A stretch of DNA of 64,000 nucleotides from Dendrobates tinctorius (Eukaryota), in contig NW_027361689.1 in NCBI RefSeq assembly GCF_039654945.1, forward strand, positions 31,744,001 through 31,808,000, read 5' to 3'. The notes under the pieces are model-generated. The model had not been told where the DNA came from, made no database searches, and saw only the letters and a program-made list of their open reading frames with translations. Shown piece by piece: positions 1 through 12,400 of this stretch; positions within the stretch are counted from its first letter, which is position 1, and each line of letters opens with the position of its first letter. The translations under genes were made by a program, and so were the position numbers.

Positions 1-126
1 CTTTTCTGGTTCCTTCTTGGCTTCCACCTTTGAGGCTGACTTGTTTTCTGGTTCCTTCTTGGCTTCCACCTTTGAGGCTGACTTGTTTTCTGGTTCCTTC
101 TTGGCATCCTCCTTTAAGGTTGATTT
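1..126 (-). repeat. Coding 42-bp tandem repeat ([14 protein letters not shown]) in the nt5c1b C-terminus
   Basis: The unit ttttctggttccttcttggcttccacctttgaggctgacttg starts at 2 and 44, with a diverged copy at 86. Confidence 0.9.
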
Positions 127-453
127 GTGGTACTTTTGACCAATCCCATAGGGAACATGAGCAGCAATAGTACCCATTTCTTGAGCACCTTCGATGTGAA
201 ACATCTGGTCATCAAAGAAAAGATGAGGCCGAATTTTGTCTAAAATTGGTCCTTTTGGGGCCCCGGCAAGGAAAAGTGCTTCATCTATCTCCAGACCCCA
301 AGCACGCAAGGTCTTCAAGGCTCGAGCACCAGAGCTGGCAGCACTTCTGGCGGTGACAAGATAGGTCCTTATGGGGCACTTCAGACGGGCATCTTTGGCG
401 TAAAACTTCCTTTGCAGCTTCCCTAATGCTTCTAGAAAGCATTTCAATGGACC
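1..453 (-). CDS. nt5c1b: nt5c1b last coding exon ([18 protein letters not shown]...HVPYGIGQ plus repeat tail), open to the window edge
   Basis: Acceptor ccttcag|GGT at 454/453, phase 0; 151 codons without a stop. Confidence 0.93.
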
Positions 454-3400
454 CTGAAGGAGACATGAGTATGTTTTCCATTAAACACTATATACATTTT
501 TTTTCTGTGGCGACTGCAACATTTACATCTATTGAGATTCTGGGCAACTCAGGTTACAAAATCTCAAGCACATTGCAAGGAATAATCACATTATAATTGT
601 AATATTTGCTAATAGAAGCTGCTTAAAGCAGGCAGCTTGGATTGTGTCATGCTGTCTGGCACTGGGCACAGACTTGGCACCGTGGCACTAAAATCACATA
701 ACAATTCTGCTCCAGTGTTGTGAAAACGTAGAATAACAAATACTCGGAGCGTCGTGCGATACTCGCTACATTGTACCGGTCTCCGCTAAATGAATGCAGC
801 CCGTAGTCACAACATTGCAAGAATTAGCAGCTTCCGCCCTTACAGGACTTGGAAACAAGTACATATTATAAGGCGCCCGAGTCACGTACAAGACGTCTAA
901 AGTGCAGGTAGAGTAGAGGCCTCGTCCACAACCAGTGTAAGACGTACAGAACACCGGCGGCATAATCTGTCTATAGCTAAGTGATGGTCGCTCTAACCGA
1001 CTCATTCTGAGGGGTCCAAATGCGAAATGATAGACCCTAATAATCCAACCACCGCAAGATGTCCTCTCCCTCTCCGAAGAGGCAGGTGTATTAATCGTTT
1101 ATCTATCCTGAATGTATCCAGGCGTGCTCAGGTGCTAACCGTGTGACTTCGGCGTGCTCGAAATATGCGTTTGAGTCCCCGCGCATGCATATCTCAGGGC
1201 TGTTCGACAGCCGCAGCACATGTAGTGCCTGTCTGTTTGTTAGGCAGTCCCTGCATGTGTTCCAGCCCTGAGACATGCAAGTGCGGGGTCTCGACCATAT
1301 TTTTCGAGCACGCCGAAGACACTCGGTTAGCACCCGAGCATGGCGGATAACACCTTATCCAAAAACGTTCACTCATTACTACTATTTCATATCTATCCAT
1401 ACATCTATCCCATAACCATCTGTCTTAAAGCTACCCAATTTATTTAATATATTTCCCCTATCCCTCATATCTATCTCTCTATCATCTATCTAATATCTAT
1501 CAACTCTTGAGGGGTTATCCATGAGAAAGCTGGGTCCATCTGGTTAATCATAATTTTATATGATGCAGTTGTCCTCTCTTTCGGCCTCATCTATGGCGTT
1601 ATTGAGCTCACGGTTCCGCTTTGTGGTCTATGAACAGAATATTATTGTCAGGGATTTATGACATCTAAAGCCAGGTGAGAATTCTAATAATTGCTTATAG
1701 CTATTGATTAGATTCCGGATCTCATTCTTCACTGCTCCATTATTTCTTCACATTAGCGGAGCTTTTTTTCAACTGTATGAGCAGTGGATTTGCCCAAAAA
1801 AGAAGTTTAACAACTTTCTAATATATTGTTTTTATTCTTACTAAATACTAAGATATTAGCTTGCTGCCAGTGAATAGAAGCACTCCTACAATCATATGCT
1901 GCATAATCAGCCGAAAATGGCCAAAACCCAAGACTGACAGATTGTACCAAACCAGAGAGTTGTACTGCTGCGGTTTTAGTTTACAGAGGATGGTCTACTC
2001 TGATATATTGTAGCCAGTTCTTAGGTGAGAGCCGGATACGTACATTATTTCCAGCTGTGTGCTCATTCGCTGACAGCTAAGAAATATCTTGAAAATGGTG
2101 AGGAATTCAAATACAAAAGGAAATGATTCATTAAGACTGCCATTTTGTAGGACAGTCTTAAAGAAGCGAGCACTGGAGTAGGATGCGCAAAACTGACGAT
2201 GAAGTGTGCACTTCTTAATGAATTTCTGCATCTTTCAGCCTCTGTGCACCAGGGGCAGAAATCAGGCATTGGAGTACGTTCCTGTAATAATTGACCTTTG
2301 GTGACATAGATGAATTTGCCAGGGTCATTTGGCCATCCTGGCTCTGCCCACTTAAAAAATAAGGCGTCAATGACAACTGGCTAAAGTTTCAAAATTTCAA
2401 GCAAAATTTGAATCGCGCAAAAATTTTTGCAAAATTTCAAGCAGTTTTACCCCAGAATTTTGGTGAAAATGCCGGTATGAATCACAGTCAAAGTCTACTA
2501 GATAAGTTCCAAAGAAGCTTTCATTAAATAGTAATATTTATGAGATAGAGTGCCCCATTATGTGTCCCTATGGGTAACTTGTACAAGATGCCGTACCTGC
2601 GCCAGGGGTTTGTTCTCAAATTGTTTCTCGTGCTCAAAGAAAGAGTCCAAGCCTCTTTCTTTAACAATTTGCTCAGACTCGTCAGAGAACAGGACGGCGT
2701 CTCCATCAAAAGCTACCCGCAACTCCTTCTCTGGGAGAACGACATCTCGCTTTGCAATAAACATGGTGGCAGCTGCAATTCCTGAAATGAGAAAGGGAAT
2801 AAGTTGGAAAGTACAGTAACATAGCCACTAAAATCAGGTCTCCGCGCTGAAAGCACAAAGTAGCTGTCAATATCTTCTATCTGCTCATCTATCTACAGTT
2901 TCTTTCACAGGTTTCTGTCTACTCGAAGTCCATCATATCTAGGTTTCTCTCGATTCTGTAATGTGAGGAGGGGTCAGCTGTAGCCCCTGGGCTTGCCTGG
3001 CAGACATGGCCTCTCTCATGTAGCTGCTTTCAGACCTCCTGTTGTTTGGCCTGTCAGAGGGCCTGAATGAGCCTCCTGTTTGACCCTGACGGCAGAGGTT
3101 TACACCACAGAAGCCTAGCCGCCGTGTGTCAGGCCCTCTGATGTACCCTTCTGTGGAATGTGTTGCTACTACAAGAGTGTGGCGGTGCCAAGAGAAGGAT
3201 AACAAGCTATGTACTAAATAATATAAACGTAAAAGCCATTACACAATCCCAGCGAGTGACTGACGGGCTCTGGAAAGTCTCCAAAGTGACCCGGCTTTCA
3301 CACTCTTCAGACGGACACTTCCTACAAAGGGCTTCAGGATGAGACTAATTTAAACCTAATTTTGAGGAGTAACTTCGCGTTTGGGCCTCAAAGTAAAATC

Positions 3401-6400
3401 CGTCAATGTGTCCCCACCGACCATGTGCATGGATTAGCAGAATGGGGGAGAAAATTGCCTTCAACTACTAAGAAAGCCCAATACTCCTGTTTAAAGTGGT
3501 CCTCCGGTAAAGTGGTCATGTCAGTGATTTTCTTTTCAGCCTTTTTAAATTTAGCGTTTTTTTTTAAACATTCACGTGTTTTATTAGCTGCATTTTTCTT
3601 GTGTTTTTAACATCACAAGTTATTTAATTCACAGATCATGTGCTTCCTAATTTCCTCATAGAATCGCATGAGCTGCGATATCAGAAACACAAAAAAGTCA
3701 TAGGTGGCTTGTGCCTTTAAGAAAATAATTTTAAAAAATTCATGTCTGTGGGAGAAAATTGCCAAAAATTGACAGAAAACACATCGGACGTAGAGCATGC
3801 TTAGATTTAAAAGATAAAAAATAGCCACAATCACAAAAAGCATAAAAAAAAGCCACAAAGAAAAAAAAACTTTATATATTGCATTAAATAACTTACTAAC
3901 CAGACATCCAGCAAACATTAACTCGCATAAAAAGGCCAAGAAACACCCCCAAAAATGAACTCTATGATGCAGTGTGGAGAGGCATCCTTAAGCCATGTTA
4001 TGGGCGAGCGTTGCAATTCTCAGAGCGGTCACGAGTAGGTGACGGAGTAATCTCAACACGCTCGTTCACCTTGAGGACCGGATTAGGACTCCTCTGTGCA
4101 AAAAGACACAACACGGTCTTTAAAAAAAAACCTCTTCTAAATTGTCACTTCCGATTTATTAGGTTTCATCCGTTTTTGTTTTTTTGCGTGTGCGAAAAAT
4201 GGAATGATTTCCATCCGATTGACTTTCATCAGTGTTTAGTGTCAGTTTTTACCAGAATCTCATCAGGTTTTTCCCAAATACAAACAGACAAAAACCAATG
4301 GAGGTTTTCAAGATTCTCCTAAGTAAAAATAGACAGTACTTCGATAGGCTGGCATCTTCGTGCCGCCTGACTATTTAAATGCACCAATAGACTTTTAGCG
4401 AGTTTGATCCGTGACTCAGATCAACAGCCAATACTGTATGTCTGGTTTTTTTTATTTCGGACACTCAGTCCACAAGGAATCATGGATATGTGAACTGCCC
4501 TATAGATTAGAGTGGAAACAATGTGGATAGAACATGTGAAAAAAGGACAACTGAATGACGCCTAATGCAGGTTTTCTCCTTGGCCCTACAAAGTCATGTC
4601 CATCTCATCTCACATATGCTGCTCCACCCGGAACCTGAATTCTGCCAATACCCTCCTCTCCAAGACCCCTCTGACATACAAGACTTCTCCAGTGCTGCCC
4701 CTGTCTTCTAGAATCGGCTCACTCATTTCTCCAATCCTACAAATGCTGCCTCAATACTTAAAGAAGCTGTCCACTCCTTAGACAACTCCTTTCCTCCCCA
4801 CCGATAAAATAAAAAAGCATATACTCACCTCCTGTGCCGGGGCCATTCCTCGGCACTCTCTCTCCTCCGGGCTCTCGTGAGGTTGTTGTGACACATGACC
4901 CCAGTGTCTAATCAGCGCTGGCGTCACTGTCCCCGCATTATGTCGCATTGAACATGAAGAGGAAGTCAGAGATTATCTGCAGCCCGGACTTCCTCTTTGT
5001 GTTCAATTTGTCCAACGGCGGTGACAGTGATGCCAGCGCTGATTGGGCGCCGGGGTCACGTGTCACCACCGTATGATAGCCCCAGGACCGCGAGTGCTGA
5101 CACCGCGGGAATGACGCCGGCACATGAGGTGAATATAAGCTTTTTTATTTTATCGGGGCCAAGCGTAGGGTATGAGAAGGGCTTGACTTAGTAGTAGACA
5201 ACCCCTTTAACTCTTGCAAAGTACTTATAATTTGGCATATAGAGTCCCCCAATTGTAACACCTTCTCCACCTGACATGACCATAGCTGCATAAGCCTCGC
5301 CCTTTCCTCTTATATCCACCCTCCATTCTTCCGATACCGTATTCCCATATATACAATAGGTGGACATTTACCTAATGCATTTTGCAAATAATGAATGTGT
5401 TACCCTCCAAAAATTGTAAAAAACTACAGAATTTTATGGCACTGGAACAAACATAACTTGTCTCCATAGGTCTGAGCGAGTCAAGGTTCTTGAAGTAGTC
5501 ACCGACTAAAGAGAAATCAGCGACCGTTTGCTGACCAGTCGCACAAAAATGCCCTTGTTGTGCCTGTTTCTATTGACTTAGAAGAACATGAGAGATTTAG
5601 TTATAACTCTGAGAAAATGAAATGCGGAGATGAAATACAAGACCCAGGTCAAGTGCTGGGAGGTGAATGAATAGGGGTCTTGTGAATGACATGGAGAAGG
5701 CAGGTACCAGACACCTCCGGTCAGACAAGGAGCTTCACTTTACACTGGTAGGGCCGCAGTTCATTGAGCGTGCCCCATGACACACTGCCCTAGTGATCTG
5801 CATAGGACAGCGGGGAAAAGACAGCATTCACAGACTTTTCCAGACTGCGGCAATTTACTTTCCTGTTTGGAGAGAGATCCTTACCTTCTTCAATGGCCTC
5901 TTGTACCTTCTCAGAGTCTGATGACAGGTACAGGTTGGTGAGGTACGCCTTCAGGTACCCGATCGGGCTCTTCCCGCCTGTCATGCAGAATCTTTCAATG
6001 TTCAGGTCTAAAATAGAAAGGGTTAATAGCAATAACATCAAAAATGCAGAATTTCAGATAAACTCGCCGGAAAAAATGTGCAGAAAAGTTCCTCAGCAGT
6101 GATGTCTGCATGTAAGGCTCAAGGCCTGAGACTGACGGCAGCGACCACATGGGAGAATGAGACATCGCTGGCTGCAGGAAAGTGAAGAAGCAGGGACCAC
6201 TGGAGCATCAGAGCTGGAGCGGCGGAGGTTTGAGCAGGCGAGTAGTGGATAGGTTTTCATTTTATCACATTTTCTGATATTTGCCATTTTTTAACCTCCT
6301 TCCTTTACATGGCACATGTCAGGTGCAGTAGCATGGAGCCGAGTCCATGCCATAACAGTGAGTGCCAGCTGTGTTACACTGCCACCACCTGCCACTAAGA

Positions 6401-9400
6401 GCAGTGATCATAGCTATCTGTGGGGGGGGGCAGTGATGGGTTGCTAAGGCAGTTGGGGCCTACTGGAGGCCGCCATTACTGCCATCATTGCATGCCTATT
6501 AAGCCCAGCCTGCGACTGGGGTTCACGGGAGATTTTTAAATTCATTATATTATGTAATACTATAGTATTGTAGTAACTAGTACACTAGGGTACAGGAAAG
6601 ATGTATATCTTTGCACCGTGTTAGCCAGTAGATAGAAAAATATTCAGAATTGAGAGTCCTCAGTGGTTGACACAGTACCATAAAAAGGCCATTAAAAGGT
6701 ATCAACCACTGAGGACTTTCAATTCTGAATATTTTTCTAGTACACTAGGGGAAACTTAAAAAAAGAAACAAAAAAAAGTTTGAATTTGTCTTTTCCCCCG
6801 ATAAAGAAATACAAGATCATATTTGGTATTGTTGCATATATCAAAATTGGAAAATTATTTTAACTTGTACAGTAAAGAACGAAAAAAAACTCAACCAGTG
6901 TGGCTGTAGTAATTGCGGCACCTACCCTCAAAAGTAAAAGCAGATCAAAGCGCTGTATGTACCCCAACAGTACACAAATAAAACTACAGAAGGCCAGGAA
7001 AATATATAACAAGCCCTCACACAGCTCTATCAACCCAAAAATTAAAAAAGAAGAAGTATCAAGTCTCAAAAAATGGAAATGCAAACTAATTGTAAAAAAA
7101 AAAAGAAAAAAACACTACAGAAGTTTGCCATCGTCATGATCATCCTGACCAGAACAATAATGTTTCCAGGTCATTTTTACCAAATGCAGAATACAGTAGA
7201 AACAACACCCCCCCCCCCCCCCCAAAAAAAAAAAGGCAAAGTAATTTTTTTTTACTATTTTACTGCACTTTGATTTTTTCTGTTTTTTTATTTTTTTTAA
7301 TTACATGGTAAAATGAATTGTGTTATTCAAAACTTCAACTCCTCCTGGATAAAACAAGCAGCGATCTGGACAGAAAAATTTATAAAAAAGTGCAAAAACT
7401 AAAGTTTGATTGGGAGAGAAAAAGATTAAATCCTGGACCACCGCTCCTATATCCTGAATGGCTTAGTAAAAACTCGAGCAAAACCAAAAGAAATGAGCTG
7501 GAACACACATATATAAGTGCAATGTGTAGGCAAAAATTCACAATGTGGCCATTAACAAACATAATCTAGGATAAAAATAAAATGAGCAAATACCCTCTAG
7601 TAAGAAAATAGTTATAGTACACCTAGGGACTTAGTTAACACTTTTTTTTATCAAAAAGGCGTAAAAGCCATGCCACCGCGATAAGGTGTACCCAATCCGG
7701 AAACTTCTCTATGTGCCAACAGGTCTCAATAGACGGGGCCAGAGCAGGACCCAGGCCTGACTACTTAAACACCTGCACGAGGAAAGCTATGTAGACTAAA
7801 TGCACAGCAGTAAAAGTATGCCCCTGTATGTACAGAGCACAAAAAAACTAACGCAAAACCAAACAAATGAGCTGGAGAAGTTGTCAGTAAAAACAACCTA
7901 GACTCCGTGTGCAGCTTGCAAATATATACGGTATTCGTCAGGGTCTGTATTCCAATTTAGTGACGTAACAAAAAGTTGAAAATTTTGGCATAAGTGGTTT
8001 CTGCTCAAAAACGTGCTACTTTTGCCTGACCTGTGTCTTCTGTATCACTTTAAAAAAGATGAGTAGTAGGGGCTGATCTCACAGATTTAGTGTAATTTAA
8101 AGAAGAAATCCACCCCAGCTCACAGGCCCCGGGACATTGTTGTTTCTCCACTTTCTGAGGTAATTTGCTTCTTTTCTAAACGTTTTGTGCCACTTTTCAA
8201 TTTCTCTTTCTGGTTTTGATTTTTCCACAACTCTTTTTATCCAGAAGTTTTAGACAGAAATGAGACTTTTAACCAAATGTCTTATTTTTCTTTGCGCATC
8301 TCCCTCCAGTCCGCCATCTCTGGAGGAAAGGAATTTTCAATTTGGTGTACCCTTTTGCAACTTTTTAAAGGATTTGTGACTTTTGGTGCACAAAAATGAG
8401 TTAAAGAAAAAAAAAAAAGCAAAACATTTTTTAATTTGCCCCAAATTCACGATCCACTTAAGCCATTTTGAAGAATCTGGTAAAAAAAAAAAAAAAAAAA
8501 GGTCAATGATTACCACCAAACAAAAAGAAAAGAAAACTGACTCTCATTAATCGCAGATGATGAATCGAGCCCCATAGTTTTAATGACTCAATGACAAAGT
8601 TGACTATAGTTTTTTAGGACACGTGCACCTAGATTTGGCGCATCTTATTCCGTCCAGGGTACAGTTCGTGAAACACTAGTGTTAGTGGATTTTAGCTGAA
8701 TGTTTGCAGACCAACAATTGGGCGGAGAAGTTCCAGGTCGTAGACCTAGGTGGCATCTAAAAATGAACAATCAATTCTAGGAAAATATTCGTACTTTGAA
8801 GCTACAACTGGAGACATCAGGACTTGCACTGTTCTCATCAGGATGGGGTTAGCCCGGGGTTTACTTTGTGTTTGACTTGAACTAGCAACACTTGAGCTTG
8901 TTATTCTTCATTTCTTGACATAGGTGTCATGATGAAAGTCTTTGGCGAGACCACCCCGCGGGCAGACACCGATCCTGATTAACTCCATCCAGAGCTTAAT
9001 TTGCTGACCTCACATTTTCTAAGCCATTTCTTCCACCAGCTGGCCATCGGAGGTTCTCTATTCTTTTATATCTCACATGACCCACTGGTAAGGGGGAGAT
9101 GTCTTCATTACTCACAGCTTGGGACATTTGCACTTAATCCTCATGTATCTTTTAAAATGGAGAGGGGGGGTGTTTTTTCAATGGAGATAGGAAGCCTCAC
9201 CATTCAATGTGACAAGTTAAGTCTACTGTTCTGGAATGAGGGCGGAAAAATGTGCATTGTCGTCCATACCCTGACATAGGCAAATAAACATATGGACATT
9301 AAAGAGGCGTTCCATTACACAGAGACGAGACTGCTCCTCTCTATCAGATCTGGAATTAGACATTTATATACTTACCGTAGTGATTGATGCTGTTTATGAG

Positions 9401-12400
9401 CCGTACTCCGACCTGGGCATGGTTATTGGTCATCAGTACGATATCAAAGAGCTCCTCGCTCTCCGGATAAAGCAGCCTCAGCTGCTTGTTCACCTCTTCC
9501 ACCGCCTACGTAAGGGGACACGAATGATACATATGAGTTATGGGATGACATGAAGTTGGCAAAACGACTCCATCATTGATAACTTAAGCATAAATATGGG
9601 GGCTACTAAAGCCACTAAGACAAAGCGGCGGGAAAGGATATAGGAGCCTATTTGTAAAAGTTTAGGGTTGGCTAATCAACATAGTTTGTGTGCAAGCATT
9701 TGATAACTGAAGTAAGCAAGAGGTTAAAGGTTAAGCTCCGAACCTTCCATAAATCTGCTGGTAAAGCGGAGTTGATTTCATATTTGCTTGTGTACAAATG
9801 TGTACGCTTTTTACATACCCATTCAGCAAAAAAAAAGGTCCCTGAAAATAAGCCAATAACATATGCAGGTGAACACAGGAGCACCATTTCCACTTCCATT
9901 CAGTGCCCCCACTGATGTTATGAGTGTAGAATGGAAATCGATGGATTGTCAATGTGATGTACAGAAGCCTCATTTTGCATAGGAGAAGCAAAATTGACCA
10001 TTTTCCATTATTAATAGATCCAATTTTCCCCCATTTTTGATCTGTGTATGTTTTTACTATCACAGATGATTCTTTCTGTGAAGTCAAACATTTCACTGAC
10101 TGTTTTTAAGCAATGTTTTACCTCACAGCAAAAGAATCAGCTGTAATTGTATGCTGTAATGTCTGTATATTCTCTATTGCATCCTCCCCTCCCCAGGAGC
10201 TGTGGTATGATCAGACCATGTTCATGCATGGTCAGAAACATCCATTACACAGTACACAGCAGGGGCACCTTTATAAGATTATCTCAGCACAGGAGAATTT
10301 TTTTTCAATTTTCAACACTTTCAATTGTGGAAATTATTATTTTTCAAAGATCTATGGATTAAAATTAACTTTATTCATGAGAAAACTTCTTTAATATATG
10401 TCTGTCATCCATGCACTGAATCAGTCATTATATATTACATATTTTATTTCCTGGCTACAAAGTTATTAATAAAATAAAGTTGTATTTTCTTTTTACATTA
10501 TAATCTTCTGCCATATGCATCAATAGAGTAGCAAGTGCAGTTTAACATCACTGGGTTGTCTGCTGCAAGCATCAAACACAGCTCAGCTCTACTTGTTAGC
10601 TCTGGTGAGCTTAGTTATTACAAGCACCGCTGTGGAGGAGGGCAGGATTGTTGAGCTTTGCTGAAAATTGGCTAACAGACCAATGATGTAAAAACACACA
10701 GGCAGCTATACTGATGTAGATAGCAGATCGGGCTGACAGATACACAGGAGGAAGGGGTCTGCAGCTGTCACGTTGTGACTGTCTTCAGTAAGAAAAGGGG
10801 GCCTCAAACAGGCCATGAAACTGGGGCCCTAACTCTCCCTGTCTCAGGGGTACTCTTGAAGATAGAGAGGCCCGAGTCTCTGACCTTACTATGCTCCTGT
10901 TAAACCCTGATCCATCCTCTCCCCCACCCCATGAGGCATGGGATAGAAATGTAAGTGTTGTGAGTTCATTTTCCCCTTCACCATTGAGGTCTGATGAACT
11001 CCCTCTTCTGGTGAAGGAAGGTAGTGAGGCTGATTACCAAGCACCTGAGCAGGATGATGATGACTGGGTGACCGGAATTGCTGACTGGATATAAGGCAGC
11101 CGACGCCCTTCTGCCTTGCTGGTGATTATCTGAGGGATTCTAGGAGACCAGTCTGATTACTGCTGCTCAAAAGCTAAGTTTTCTGCTCTGCTTTTTGCAT
11201 TTGTGTTTTGGGTTTGTTTTGCCTTGTTTTTCTGGATTTCTGCCAGTCCCTGCTGGGGTGAGCTGAATTCCTTTTTGCCTTTTTGCTCTGTCTTCAGAAA
11301 ATACCTGAGTACTGATATAGTCTTTTTGAAGCCTAGCGTCTTCAGGGCTTTTTTCCCGATCAGTCTGTTGGCTCATGTTTTGATAGGGTTTTTGCGGATT
11401 GCAGACAGCAGCTTTTCTATCCTGTCCTATTTAGTTAGCTTGGGCCCCATCATTTGCTCAGCCTATCTTTCTATCTGTGTTAGTGTTTTTTCATCTTGCT
11501 TCACCGTCATTATATGTTGGGGGCTGCCTATTGCTTTGGGGTCTGCTCTGGGGCAGTTTACATTTCCCTTTCTGTCTTTAGGCTATTTAGTTCTCCGGCT
11601 GTGATCGAGGGGTCTAGGGAACCGTAGGAACCCCCCACGGCTACTGCTAGTTGTATTTGTAGGTTCAGGGGTCTGCAATCCGATAGCTGCCAACTTCTCT
11701 GGTTTTCTGGACTTAGCTAGTATTTCTGTTTTTGCCTCCTACGGTGACTCATTCATAACATGTAAGGTAAAAAAGACACAAAGACAAAACAGGGATAACA
11801 AAAAACCTCTATCATACAAAAGCACTAACCAACAGGGAGGAGGATAGGGACAGGGAGGAATAAACTAAATGGGAACAGTGACCAGGAGCTAAACACACAC
11901 ATACTACAGCAAACCACAGAACACTGCTACAACAACTCTACTCCAACCACTTAGCTTTAGCATGCAGCACAGGAAGATGAATCTTTCACCGGCAGGGACA
12001 AGAAGGTATGACCAGTTTATATAGGAAAAGGTAAATGTCATGATCACGTGTGTCAGGACGCAGATGATACCGCAAGGCGGACCCATGTGACACACGTGAC
12101 CCTGGATACACCGCCTCCAGTGGGGCGCATTTAAATAATAACCCGTGTAGGTGGATACGCCGCCTCCACCTGGCGAATTTAGGTATTACACGTCATACAA
12201 TAAATCAAATAATAAAGGGGGAACCTGGGTAACTTTAACAATGGTGGGCCCTGCGATAGGGAATGGGGGACGTGGAGACCTCCTAAGCTCCCCTGAGCCA
12301 GTGTCCCTGCACTCCTTACATTCCCTATACAGGCTCCGCACCTGTCGCCGCACGCGTACCTTAACACCCTTGCTCACCCTGACCCTAAACCCTCACTAGG

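Noticed and set aside
281-481. 66-aa ORF overlapping the last nt5c1b exon
   Set aside because: It is an alternative frame; the conserved nucleotidase frame starts at the acceptor at 453.
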